Source: Candidatus Poribacteria bacterium (lineage in GTDB: Bacteria > Poribacteria > WGA-4E > WGA-3G). Taken from it: a DNA stretch of 64,000 nt. Position numbers and translations under genes: made by a program. Below, piece after piece: positions 18,837-29,300 of the stretch. The notes beneath the pieces are model-generated. The model made no database searches. It had not been told where the DNA came from and was given only the letters and a program-made list of their open reading frames with translations. Where the stretch lies: the NCBI GenBank assembly GCA_965242965.1, contig OZ251518.1, forward strand, positions 1,472,001 through 1,536,000. The letters run 5' to 3'. How positions within the stretch are numbered: position 1 is the first letter of the stretch; the number at the start of each line of letters is the position of its first letter.

Positions 18837-19670
18837 CTATAAGGCGCGGGATGACTCTTTCAGCAACATATCCGTTTGATGATGCAAAGCCTGGAGGAAC
18901 GTTTCCAAGGTGTTTTGCAATTCACGGATTTGCTGCCGGTCTGCTTCAAGAAGCGTGACGCGTTCGTCAAGGGTTTCCAGTCGGTTAAGATGCTCCAGTA
19001 TCTCCTGCACCATATCTCGGACTTTTCGGTGATGCTGCCGGTCTTCTTCCAACTGTTGGACTTTCTCGACGGTTAAAGCGAGGGTTTTCTGCGCCTCAGT
19101 CAATTCGCGTTGTAAGTTTTGCGTAAAAGCGATTAACTTCTCCAACGTATTCGTCGTTTTGTAAGGCGGTTTCTCCGTTTCCCGTTGCGATGCATAGAGA
19201 GGAGAGCCCGCGGGTTCTTCGTGGCGCGGCACCTCGCTGACTTCGGGGACTTCATGTTCCGGGCCAAAAATGCCGAGCAACTTGATGTGATACAGAAACG
19301 GTGTGTAGTGTCCCTTCCGCTCCGTGTAGGTAATCTGCACCCGGATTTCTTCATCAACTTTCAGCGTATTCAGCCGACTGCGAATGTTCCGAATGACTAC
19401 CTCGTTATACCCGAATGCGTCATTTGACTTCGGATTTAATTGCCGGAGGTAATGAACGAGCTCAAGGCTGTCGGCACTCTCCCGCACCGTGCCTTCGACT
19501 GTTAAAACGCCGATGATGTCCTCATCCGGCGCATTCGGGTCCGGCCGTAATTTCTGTTCCGGTAGGACGACATCCAGCGGCACTTCGCCCTGGACGGCTT
19601 TCATGCCGAGGTTCCAACTGGTGAGGGAACGTCTGTTACAGAATGCGATGAAGTCGTAATGAATTGCCAT
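18837..19670 (-). CDS. Hypothetical protein with C-terminal coiled coil
   Basis: 277 aa ORF within a co-directional run; heptad-rich C-terminus. Confidence 0.7.
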   Translation of the reverse strand: MAIHYDFIAFCNRRSLTSWNLGMKAVQGEVPLDVVLPEQKLRPDPNAPDEDIIGVLTVEGTVRESADSLELVHYLRQLNPKSNDAFGYNEVVIRNIRSRLNTLKVDEEIRVQITYTERKGHYTPFLYHIKLLGIFGPEHEVPEVSEVPRHEEPAGSPLYASQRETEKPPYKTTNTLEKLIAFTQNLQRELTEAQKTLALTVEKVQQLEEDRQHHRKVRDMVQEILEHLNRLETLDERVTLLEADRQQIRELQNTLETFLQALHHQTDMLLKESSRAL

Positions 19671-19716
19671 AGTTGTGTCTGCTGTTTTGATAGCCGCGCC
19701 ACCTTATTTCGGATGC

Positions 19717-20592
19717 CTAACGGTGTGTTAAAGGAACGAATCTTTTTTCGACTTGGGTGAGTGTCGGAATGCAAGAGGTGCCGACACCCTCCACTGCAAA
19801 CGATGCAACGCAGTGTGCGAAGTTAAGTGCATCGGGTGCTGAACGCGTCTGATAGTAGTTGATTAAAAACGCTGTTGCGAACACATCGCCGCCCCCCGTC
19901 GGATCTACTTCGGTAATCGGATATGCGGGGGAATTGAGGATACGCCCGTTTTGGAAAAGTTTTGCGTCCCGCGAGCCGCGCGTCAACACCACAATGGGTG
20001 TCAATTCAATATACTTCTCCAATTCGTCTGGATATGTTCCCAAGTCCTCGTCGCTGAGGATTAGGATGTCAGTGTGCGGCAAAATCTCGTGCGCGTTCTC
20101 CCACCGTTTTGGAAACACCTGTCCGTTGTCGTCCCACTGCCGCATCCACCCCTGCGGCGTTACACCGATTAAGGTTTTGTCGCCGAAGCTGTGAACGAGT
20201 GCCGCCTCAACCTCGCCTGCGATGGGGCACAAGTAGACGACATCCGGCGTTCGCCATTCCGCGGGGATGTGGCGCGCACCGAGACGCAGTGCTACCGCGG
20301 AGAGGAACTGCTGTCGATTTCCGTGCGCATCGTAGCGGTTATCAAAAACTGTTGTCTCCGGTGATGCGTGATACACCGCTTCGATGCCCGCTAAGCGGCG
20401 ATTCCCCCGGTCGAAATTCGCGCCGACGGCTGTGACAGCGCGGACAGGACAGCCGAGGTTCTGCGCCGTCAACGCGGCATACGCAGCGGAACCACCGAGG
20501 ATATACCCATCAGGTGCCACATCATAGCAGAAATGTCCGACAGAGAGAAACGTTGGAGACATTGGAGACATTGAGTTATCCTTACAGTTCAA
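19717..20592 (-). CDS. PfkB family kinase
   Basis: GGSAAYAA, VDPTGGGDVFA; exact start uncertain. Confidence 0.9.
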   Translation of the reverse strand: MNCKDNSMSPMSPTFLSVGHFCYDVAPDGYILGGSAAYAALTAQNLGCPVRAVTAVGANFDRGNRRLAGIEAVYHASPETTVFDNRYDAHGNRQQFLSAVALRLGARHIPAEWRTPDVVYLCPIAGEVEAALVHSFGDKTLIGVTPQGWMRQWDDNGQVFPKRWENAHEILPHTDILILSDEDLGTYPDELEKYIELTPIVVLTRGSRDAKLFQNGRILNSPAYPITEVDPTGGGDVFATAFLINYYQTRSAPDALNFAHCVASFAVEGVGTSCIPTLTQVEKRFVPLTHR

Positions 20593-20914
20593 AAACGGGC
20601 TCCATGCGGGCCCACCATTCGCCGGGCTGCGCCTCCGGTACCGGTTCTTGGAAGGTTCGCATTAATGCGTCCCATTCTTTGCATCGCGGGTGTTGTTCGA
20701 GGTAGCGCGGAAAGTCACGTTCAATATCAAACGTGTCCACCGTTTCCATCGCCATGAAAAGTCGGCGGCCCAGCAGATAGATGTCCATTCGGGTGATGCC
20801 GACTGCTTTCAACGCGGCGACTATTTCGGGCCATGCATCGCGGTGATATGTCTTATACTGCTCAATGATGCCCGGTTCGTTTTTCAGGTTTAGCGTTAAG
20901 CCGAAGTGTTTCAT
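20582..20914 (-). CDS. L-rhamnose/L-fucose mutarotase family protein
   Basis: YKTYHRDAWPEI...GI..MDIY...LFM...W..LM...W..MEPVF. Confidence 0.88.
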   Translation of the reverse strand: MKHFGLTLNLKNEPGIIEQYKTYHRDAWPEIVAALKAVGITRMDIYLLGRRLFMAMETVDTFDIERDFPRYLEQHPRCKEWDALMRTFQEPVPEAQPGEWWARMEPVFEL

Positions 20915-20947
20915 CGATTGTGCTCGGTAACAAAAGTTTCAGTTGCT

Positions 20948-20976
20948 ATCTTACCAAATTTTGACATATTTGTCAA
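20948..20976 (-). promoter_or_regulatory. Sigma70 promoter TTGACA-N17-TAAGAT; -35 box lies in palindrome TTGACA-N4-TGTCAA
   Basis: Consensus boxes and spacing, upstream of the mutarotase gene run. Confidence 0.6.
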
Positions 20977-21132
20977 CAATTTTTTTGAAAATATTTTACG
21001 AAGGCGAATCTGCACTTGCAATAACCGCATATTTCATGCTATAATAGAGACAATCAGACTTACACAGGACAAACGGAGAATAATGACATTTGCGTTCGTC
21101 CTGAAAAAAACAACGCGCAGGGGAAAATTGCT

Positions 21133-22200
21133 ATGAAACGCCGACTTCTGAAAACCAGCTCAAATGCCTTGATTCTGTCTATCGGGCTGCATCTTCTCTT
21201 GTTTCTGATGCTTGGGACGTTGTATCGGCAGCGAGCGATGCAGCCATTGGAACCGTCTACAGCACTTGTGCTAGAGAAAACTCGGCCCCGGGTCCCTCTG
21301 CGGCGTTTGAAGCGGCGGCCGCCTCTCCCGATAGCAGTTGCAACGGCACCACGGAACATGCAACCGACGAAGGTGATAAACGTTCGGCCAACTTCGTTGC
21401 AGCCTGCGGCGAGAGCGGTGCTGCATCGCGAGACGACAATTCACCTTCAAACGCCTGGGCTTCCTACACCTGCGACGGTGGGATACACGGGTGGCGGCGC
21501 GTCACCGGTGCCAGGGTTCAGGGGGAAAATAGGCAACGGCATCGGCACAGGCGTTGCTGTCGGCAGGAGCGCGCCCGGCGGTGCAAAGCGGTTTCTGATA
21601 AGCCCAAACGAAGAACCGGCAGCGGATATAGCGGAACTGACGTTGCCGGCGTTGGCACTCACTAAAATCGGCAGGCATATTGTCGCCAACCGCACTGTGG
21701 ACAAGGTTGACATCGTCTTCGTGATTGACGGTAGCGGGAGCATGAAAAACGACATTAACGCCGTGCGCGAACATCTTAGTCACATGACAGACTTAGTTGA
21801 TGCGGCGCAGATAGACTTCACCCTCGGCATTGTGGCGTTCCGAGCCGGCACCGGGTATACCCTCCTCGGCATGGACTTTGAGGTTATTCCGCAAACCCGT
21901 TCTATCGCGCGGATTCAAAAGATACTCGGCCAACTGCGCTGCAGCGGCGATGAAAAGGCACTAGACGCGCTCGTGCGCGCCGCCGATGAGGTGCGGTTCC
22001 GGCGCGACGCGGATGTCCATTTCATTCTTGTGACAGACGAATACGTGAGCGGCGCGTATTCGTCCATCGACGTGCTGACGAAGATGAAGACAGCGAAGAT
22101 TCGGGTGGATGTCATTGGGCGCGATGAACCTTCGCAAAAGTTTCTGGCGAAAAGCACGGGTGGGTTGTGGTTGCCGATTTCGAGTCTTGCGGTGCATTAG
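21133..22200 (+). CDS. Membrane-anchored VWA-domain protein
   Basis: SIGLHLLLF anchor, Pro/Gly-rich linker, DIVFVIDGSGSM MIDAS motif, ILVTDE. Confidence 0.88.
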   Translation: MKRRLLKTSSNALILSIGLHLLLFLMLGTLYRQRAMQPLEPSTALVLEKTRPRVPLRRLKRRPPLPIAVATAPRNMQPTKVINVRPTSLQPAARAVLHRETTIHLQTPGLPTPATVGYTGGGASPVPGFRGKIGNGIGTGVAVGRSAPGGAKRFLISPNEEPAADIAELTLPALALTKIGRHIVANRTVDKVDIVFVIDGSGSMKNDINAVREHLSHMTDLVDAAQIDFTLGIVAFRAGTGYTLLGMDFEVIPQTRSIARIQKILGQLRCSGDEKALDALVRAADEVRFRRDADVHFILVTDEYVSGAYSSIDVLTKMKTAKIRVDVIGRDEPSQKFLAKSTGGLWLPISSLAVH

Positions 22201-22281
22201 GGAGGTTTCATCAACATTCACGGGCTAGGAAACGGCCCACCTCTGTAGTTCGGGAGCACCCGCTCCCGAACGTGTTTCATA

Positions 22282-23322
22282 CTACTCTGTCTCCGTCCGA
22301 TACCGAATCGTCAGCACCGGCCGCAGCGGCTCATCTGCATGCTCTTTAGCAGCGAACACCACTTCGCCATTTTCATCTTGCACGGCGAAAAGATAGCCGT
22401 AGTTGTAATCAGGGTTTGCCACCCAAAATCGCACCGCTTCCGTAAGCCGCTCCCCTTTCCAAACGTAGCGTTTGGCGGCATCCGCAATTTCAGTTGTGCT
22501 ATCCACGCGATGCGCCACATCTTCCGAACCGTTGTAATCGCTCTCCTTGTCGCCGTTTATTCCCGGTAACATCGCCTGCGCCGGCGGTTTATTCCACGGC
22601 AGGTTCCGATGGAGCGCGCTGTTATAGGTGAGTTCATTCTCCTCGGCCGGCGACGAGGTGCCTCTCCCTTCGCGCCACGGCAGTAGCACGCGCCGAATCA
22701 GCACAGTCTGCGTCCCTTCGCACTGCTGTGCATGGAGACTTAACGTCGCTTCCAAAACCTGCGCCGGTGCCTCAATGCCCATATCGGCGAAGGCATCAAA
22801 CAAATCAAATGAAACGAAAAAGACACCGCCTGTCGCGCTACAACGCAGAAAGGGTTCCGCGCCAGCATTGTGGTTGCGCGTCTTTCTGTCTTTCGCCACG
22901 ATAAGGTTCGTATCCTGCAGCGTCGAAAATGTGACTGTCTGCCCCGCGCCGAAGGTTATCTCGTTTTCCATCGGAAGTGTGAAAACGATTTCTCCTGTTT
23001 CTGCTGTCGCCTTACCCGCTTGCAACCCCGCGCCTTTTTGCAAAAGGGTATACGCTTTTCCCACAGCCAACGGCGTGGTGAACAGCATCACACGAGTCCC
23101 CCGTTTGTCAAGCAACACATCTTCTATCTGGATATCCGGCGTGATGTGATAATTGGCTGCGTTTTCCGCGGTTTCTGCAGCAAGCTGCCCATCGAATTGT
23201 AACTGAATCGCGGTTTGAGAAAGGGGGAATGCCTTCACAACTTTCGGCATTTCTGCCCAACTGTTTAGGGCAAAAATCGAGAAAAATAGCGCGGCGGCAC
23301 CCGCGCCTTTAAAAATTTTCAA
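22282..23322 (-). CDS. Secreted protein with Ig-like and DNRLRE-type domains
   Basis: GGAGG-N6-TTG start at 23322 gives a signal peptide; AENAANY; DTNL..NHNAG..W.EG..WVANPDYNYG..RPVLTIRY. Confidence 0.72.
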   Translation of the reverse strand: MKIFKGAGAAALFFSIFALNSWAEMPKVVKAFPLSQTAIQLQFDGQLAAETAENAANYHITPDIQIEDVLLDKRGTRVMLFTTPLAVGKAYTLLQKGAGLQAGKATAETGEIVFTLPMENEITFGAGQTVTFSTLQDTNLIVAKDRKTRNHNAGAEPFLRCSATGGVFFVSFDLFDAFADMGIEAPAQVLEATLSLHAQQCEGTQTVLIRRVLLPWREGRGTSSPAEENELTYNSALHRNLPWNKPPAQAMLPGINGDKESDYNGSEDVAHRVDSTTEIADAAKRYVWKGERLTEAVRFWVANPDYNYGYLFAVQDENGEVVFAAKEHADEPLRPVLTIRYRTETE

Positions 23323-23407
23323 AATGCACCTCCAAAACGGGCAAAACGGGGGGATAGGGACATCCTCTGACGCACGAGGAATGTCAAGGCACAGATATAG
23401 AAATCCG

Positions 23408-24619
23408 CTAATCCACATCCATCGTAATAAAAACGGCATTCAATACCTCCCGTTCGCTTTGTCCGGAAGGTTTGTTGATAACTGCATCGTTGACGACAAA
23501 GGTGCTAGACGAGCCGCCGTCAAGATTAATCGCTTCAGTCGCGCCGAACTCAATGAGGAGACTGGCGAGTTCATAGAGTGTTAAACCGGTGCTATACTGC
23601 GGCTGTCTCCCATCAGCAACGACGAGGAATAAGGTATCCGCATTGTAGCCGAGGGCAGTGCGCGGTTCATGACTCAGATTTAGCACGGATGTCCGCTTCC
23701 CGGGACGATGTTTCTTCTCGGCTTCGTGCATCTTCACCAGCGTCGGGTTTATCATGCCGTTCGTGAGGAGTCGGAGCCGGCCGCCAATTGCATGCCGCGC
23801 CCGATTCCAACTCGGCGGCGAGAGGGTGAGCGTCACCGTGCCTTCCACGCCTTCATTGAATGCGGAGACAGCAGGCGTTTTCACCCGTGAACTTATCCAG
23901 AGAACAGCACCGTCCCTTGGAATCGCGCTGTTTCCATCTTTCGTCACGCCGTTCACACGGTAAGGTTGCGTATAATGCGGCGTTAGCGGTAGGAGCGAAC
24001 TCCCGGCAAGGACGACTTCTTGTCCACGGCGACGATTCGTGCGGGTGGATGCTCCCATCCGCGGCGTGTAAAGCGTCACCTCACAGCCATCAAGCCGCCG
24101 CTGATTAATGCATCCAAGTGACAGCGTGTGCGTGCCTATCGTCACCGACGCTTGCATCTCAACGGGCCCGGTAAGAAACTCGCCTGTGTCGGTGACACCG
24201 AAACAGGCATCGACATCTGTCGGCTGCGTCATCAATTCGCCATCTTGGATGTGTAAATTTTCCAAGACACCGCCGTAACCGCGCATATCCCCGAGCACGC
24301 CGAAGCCGCCGTTGACAGCGACAAGGACGCGCCTATCCCCCCGTTTTGCGCGACGCTGTGCCATGGAGCGCACGGTTTCTTTCCCCAGAATCTGTGCATT
24401 CGCAAGCGATACCTCAACATGCAACGTCGGTTGATGCCGAGACATCTCGGCGACATACAGCACGCACGTTTCAACATCCCAATCGTAGCGATAGAGCCGG
24501 AGCCCAGAAGACAATTCGGTGGAAAATAAATCCGTTTTTTCACCGCCGGCTTGCGCGAAGAGGGGAGTCAAAAGCAGGAAGCAGAAAAGGCACAGGAATG
24601 GGAAAATATGACGTTTCAT
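23408..24619 (-). CDS. Phosphodiester glycosidase (NAGPA-like) family protein
   Basis: Signal peptide, AVNGGF, PRTALG, VADGR, AINLDGGSSS. Confidence 0.9.
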   Translation of the reverse strand: MKRHIFPFLCLFCFLLLTPLFAQAGGEKTDLFSTELSSGLRLYRYDWDVETCVLYVAEMSRHQPTLHVEVSLANAQILGKETVRSMAQRRAKRGDRRVLVAVNGGFGVLGDMRGYGGVLENLHIQDGELMTQPTDVDACFGVTDTGEFLTGPVEMQASVTIGTHTLSLGCINQRRLDGCEVTLYTPRMGASTRTNRRRGQEVVLAGSSLLPLTPHYTQPYRVNGVTKDGNSAIPRDGAVLWISSRVKTPAVSAFNEGVEGTVTLTLSPPSWNRARHAIGGRLRLLTNGMINPTLVKMHEAEKKHRPGKRTSVLNLSHEPRTALGYNADTLFLVVADGRQPQYSTGLTLYELASLLIEFGATEAINLDGGSSSTFVVNDAVINKPSGQSEREVLNAVFITMDVD

Positions 24620-25011
24620 AGGCTTGGCTGCCCTTGCATTCGTTGATATGTTTCGTCCTTTGTCCGCCGAATCTGAACGGCGAAATAGGCAATCGGATGT
24701 TCGATGGGTGGATGAAGTTTCTTGACGGTGAGATGCACTTCATCCACCGCGAACTGCGCGAGAATCGCTGTCGCTATCGCCTCAGCGAGTGCTTCAATGA
24801 GTTGGAACGACTGCCGCGTGCCGATATCGACGATGAGCGTTACCACTTCGGCGTAGTCAATCGTTTCATCAAGAGCGTCGGTTTTGCCGGCATCGGCAAG
24901 CGAACAGCCTAACGTTGCATCGACTTCATAATGGCCGCCCACCTGCCGTTCTTCTGCGGGCACCCCGTGGTGGCCGTGAAATCGGATGCCTTTGAGGATA
25001 AGTTTATCCAT
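24616..25011 (-). CDS. folB: Dihydroneopterin aldolase
   Basis: MDKLILKGIRFHGHHGV..EER..G, TIDY, LIEALAE, VKKLHPP. Confidence 0.95.
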   Translation of the reverse strand: MDKLILKGIRFHGHHGVPAEERQVGGHYEVDATLGCSLADAGKTDALDETIDYAEVVTLIVDIGTRQSFQLIEALAEAIATAILAQFAVDEVHLTVKKLHPPIEHPIAYFAVQIRRTKDETYQRMQGQPSL

Positions 25012-25066
25012 TTTTTCTCGGCCATTTTTTCTTGAGGCCATTTTTTCTCGCGGCTGCGCGCCGGTT

Positions 25067-25681
25067 TTAGTTGACAATCTTCTCGCCTACCTCATGGCCA
25101 GGCTCAACCAGATCGCGAATCTGTTTGCCGTTCTTCCCGGCGGTGTAGTCAATGGCGCGGATTTTCCACTCGTCCTTCTGCTTTCTGAGCGTGGAATAGA
25201 GGTCACCGCCTTGATTGCCCCACATATATTTGCCGTGCAGAACGGCATCCTTGCCGCGGCTATCAATGGCGATGTAAGCGATATCCACGTTCATTTTCCC
25301 GCCGCGGAGCTGGAAAATCCCTTCCCAGGCTTTATTCACGGCGTTCCAACCGTCATTCCGTTCAAAGGTGCCGGCCCAAAATGTCCACGCCGTAAACACT
25401 TCGTCTTCCTGCTTCTCGCTTTTGAACCAGGTATCGCCTAGGATATCAATATCCTGTTCGCCATGGGCGATGGCATAAACTTCGTAAAGCGCGCGAATCG
25501 CCTCCTCTTCGGCGGCGAAGTCAATGTTCCTCTCAAAGGTTACCGCTGGTTCCGCGGGAGTTGCTGTCGGAGTTTGTGTCGTCGTTGGAGCTTCGGTATC
25601 TGCTGCGTCGTCGCCGCCGCATGCCATCATACCCACGGCGAGTCCGAGGATGAGAAAATAACAAATCGCTTTCGGTTTCAT
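25067..25681 (-). CDS. Lipoprotein with NTF2/SnoaL-like domain
   Basis: Lipobox MMACGG; EEEAIRALY...GWNAV..W...WKI. Confidence 0.75.
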   Translation of the reverse strand: MKPKAICYFLILGLAVGMMACGGDDAADTEAPTTTQTPTATPAEPAVTFERNIDFAAEEEAIRALYEVYAIAHGEQDIDILGDTWFKSEKQEDEVFTAWTFWAGTFERNDGWNAVNKAWEGIFQLRGGKMNVDIAYIAIDSRGKDAVLHGKYMWGNQGGDLYSTLRKQKDEWKIRAIDYTAGKNGKQIRDLVEPGHEVGEKIVN

Positions 25682-25772
25682 AACGATTCTCCTCTTTTGA
25701 AGATAAATAAACTGATATTATTCTAGCATGTCTAGCGAATAAAAGTCAAGGTTAAATTTTGGCGCGGGGTGC

Positions 25773-26313
25773 CAGGATTATCAAGATTCGCCAGAGATGA
25801 GCAGGATTTGCAGGATTATCAAGATTCGCCAGAGATGAGCAGGATTTACACGATTTACAAGATTAGCAAGATAAGACTGTAGTTCGGGAGCACCTTCTCC
25901 CGAACTGCACATGGAGAGGAGGACTTCCTGGCCCGTAGCGCGGGGGCCTGTCCCCCGCGATCGTCAACTTACGCGAAAACCGCACGCCGACAAAGGCCGT
26001 TTCCCCGATCGAGGCACGGCGAGGGACAGGCCCTCGCCCTACGGTAAACGGCACGCTTTTCTTAACCGTAGCGCGGGGGCCTGTCCCCCGCGATCACACC
26101 CGTGAAAAAATTTCTTCAGAAACTCTGCAGCGGTTTATCTCTGTAGAGCAAGAGCACCTGCTCTGGATCCGTTTCGGGAGCGGGTGCTCCCGAACTACAG
26201 ATCTGGGGCAGGTCGGGCGATCGCGGGGGACAGGCCCCCGCGCTACGGGCCAGGACGAAAAAACGCGCGGGCGACAACCTAATAGGCCACCGCCCGCGCG
26301 AGATATGAAACAA
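25773..26313. repeat. CAGGATT/CAAGATT micro-repeat tract plus REP array
   Basis: 37-bp direct repeat at 25773 and 25811, then GTAG hairpins; ends in a degenerate cap TATGAAACAATAC. Confidence 0.88.
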
Positions 26314-26322
26314 TACGCAAGA

Positions 26323-29300
26323 TTACTCCCGCTGCTTGACTTCGCCAAACGTTGTCAACGAACGATTCGCCGGCGAAACGGGACCCGGTAAGTAACGTGT
26401 CCGCAACACTTCCGGCCGACCGCCTAACGAAACCTCTTCGATCTGATAGTAATACTCGACCCCAGGCTTCGCGGACGTATCGGTGAACGTGTAAGTTTGA
26501 CGTTCGCCTGTCGTGCCGGCACCGGCGATGAGCACAGGATTCAAAAGCGTGAATCCACTATCGCGCTTCAGACTGCGACGCAGGTTGAAACCGGCGTTGT
26601 CGACTTCCGACTCGGTTGTCCATGAAACCACAACCGGACCTGCATCGGTGCGCGTGAGGGTGAAACTTGACAACTCCACGGGCAAGGCACCGCCTTGACG
26701 ATACCCCGGCGTGCCGATGTCATCTGCATGGCCGTAGTGCAGCGATTCAACTTTGAATTTATTGAAATGCGCCGCTAATGCCCAATTGGACTTCAGCATG
26801 CCGTCGCGCGCCACCGCGCCTTTATCGTAACGGCGGACAACCGAACTGCGCGCGCCATCCCGACGATTCGTGGGCCACACCCAGACCGGCGCATCATCGG
26901 TGCGACGATTGTCATCGATGTTCCCGACTTCGTCTATCTTCGTCCCGTTTCGATCGGATAACTTCAGATAGAATCCCTCGCCACTCAAGAAGGTATCTCG
27001 CGCGGTTTTGATGCGGAGATTTTTCTCGTGCAACTCGAGCAGGTTGTAAACCCGGTCTTCAGGGAAAACATCTGTCGATGAAGCGCGGGCATCGCCTGCG
27101 ACTATCAAGAGGGTCTGATTCGGTTGAATCACTTTCTCTTGCAGCGTCAAGGTGACAATCGGGCGGCCGACCAAGTCTCCCGAATTCCGATTCTGGATCT
27201 CCAATTGCCAGCGATTCAGATTCAGTGCCTCGGTTTTCGACTTATTATACAACTCAATCCACTGCGGCAATGTGCCACCCTCAGAATCAAACATGATCTC
27301 GCTGATGGTGACTGCCCCTTTCGGCGTAGATGCCTCCGTTTTCACCGCACCATTCGGATAGCCCGGTGTGCCTGCAGTCGCCGGAGACTGCGTCACTTTT
27401 CTATCGTAGCCGATACCAGTAAACGCGGCTTCTGCCCAGGCATCTCGATGATATCCGATGAGATCCGCTTTGGCGCGCTGCCAGACTTTGCCAGAACTCA
27501 GCGCATCTTCGGTGGCATCACCGGGAGATTCTAGCACTTGCAGGGGCCAGACATGCGTATCATAATCGCCTGTCTCGTCACGGACAAACGCATCGGTGTC
27601 ACTGCCGCCGCCACCGGCGACATCGATGAATGCCTCATCCAAGCCGAGTTTCTCTTTGGCATTGCGCAGAATCAATAGGAATTTGCCATCATCGGGAAGC
27701 GAGAGGCCCGCATCCACTAAAGAGGCATGCGATAACCCTTTCTGCGCACCACCTGCGAGTGGCGTTTTGTCCGACGCGCTGTTGGTTATCAATAACAAAC
27801 CATTTGCCGGCACACTCACATCGGGAAAAACGATAAGCGACGTATCCTCTTTCTTGCCATCGGCGACAACGGACAACTCCCAGTCTTTCAGGGAGACATC
27901 TGAACCGGTAACATTGCGGAATTCTAGCCAGTCATTTGTTGCTTCACTGCCATTGCCCAGCTCGTTGAAAACGATGGGACTGCGAGGCACAGTTGATGCA
28001 ACCGCCTTTGAGACAGTGTCATCCTGCGGAATGTAAACCACCGGGGTCACCGCCACATCAAACGTTTTCGTCGGCTGAGAGGGTGAATCCGAGATCGGCG
28101 CAGCCTGACCCGGAGCCATCGCCGGATCGGCGGTACCACGACGCTCAAGCCCTGATGAAGCCTTCAACGTCGTTTCCCGCGGAACAGCCAAACTGTTGAT
28201 ACTGTCAATCTCCACGCTCACCGATGCTGCCGGCGGATCGGTCGCTTGCAAAACATACGCAAACGGCACAATCGTGGAACCCGAACGTTCCTCGCCTTGC
28301 TGCCACACGGCATGCCGGGCATTCGCGGCTTCTCGCGCGCCGAGATAGATTGTCACATACGGCGGATTTTCGCCTTCATAAGTCAACCCATCCTGCGCAA
28401 ACGGCACCTCAACGGTGATCTCGCTACCCGCAAGATACGCACCGCCTTCGGGTTCAACAACCTTAATCTCATCCGCAACTACCTGCACCGTGTCTATCTG
28501 CACCGTGACAGTGTTCGATGCCAAATTGCCGATTGCGGGATCATGGGCAAACACCGTATCTGCTGGCACTTGGAACGTCAACTCCCCTTTAAAGCCGAGC
28601 GCGGGCACCACCCTCACCTGATACCGCAACCACGCATCCGCCGCGCCGAGACGGCTCACCGTCACCGTGCCACCTTCAACACCTGCCGCCAGCGCAGTTT
28701 GCAACGTCGCGAGAAGCTCTTCGCTCGTCGCATCATGATACGCAGCGGTTTGCCCAGCTGCACCGTAGTCCTCCTGGAACCGCAATGTCACCGTAAACGT
28801 CCCAGTTTGTGTCCCCGACGGCACGTCGACTATCTCTGTCATCGCGGCGACAGGGTCCGGCACTATCGTCGGATAGGCGATAGTGCCCTTAGCGGTATCA
28901 TACGTGGGCGGAAAGTGGTGAGGGAACTCCGTCTCCTCATGTAGCGCATAAAAACCCGCCGAGACAGTATAGTGATCTACGCGACCATCTTTGTTTGTCC
29001 TACTCTGCTCCGTTAGCTCTAACAACGTTAACGCGAGAGTGCCGGCGGCAGGGCGGACGGTGGGGGAGACGAAGTTCACTACGTCATCAATTACTGGGAG
29101 GTAGTCAAGAATACCGTCGCCGTTTCTGTCAAAATGCTCTGGCTTGAATTTGAAATCCGCCCCTTTTCTGTAAATAGTACTGCCTCCCCCCAGACGCAGC
29201 CTGTGGTGACGATATTCATCCGCCTTGTCGGGGTCGGGACTATCTGGGTAGGGCTCGAGTTCTACGCCCGCCTCTAAAAGCGCAGACGGGTCGAGAAAAG

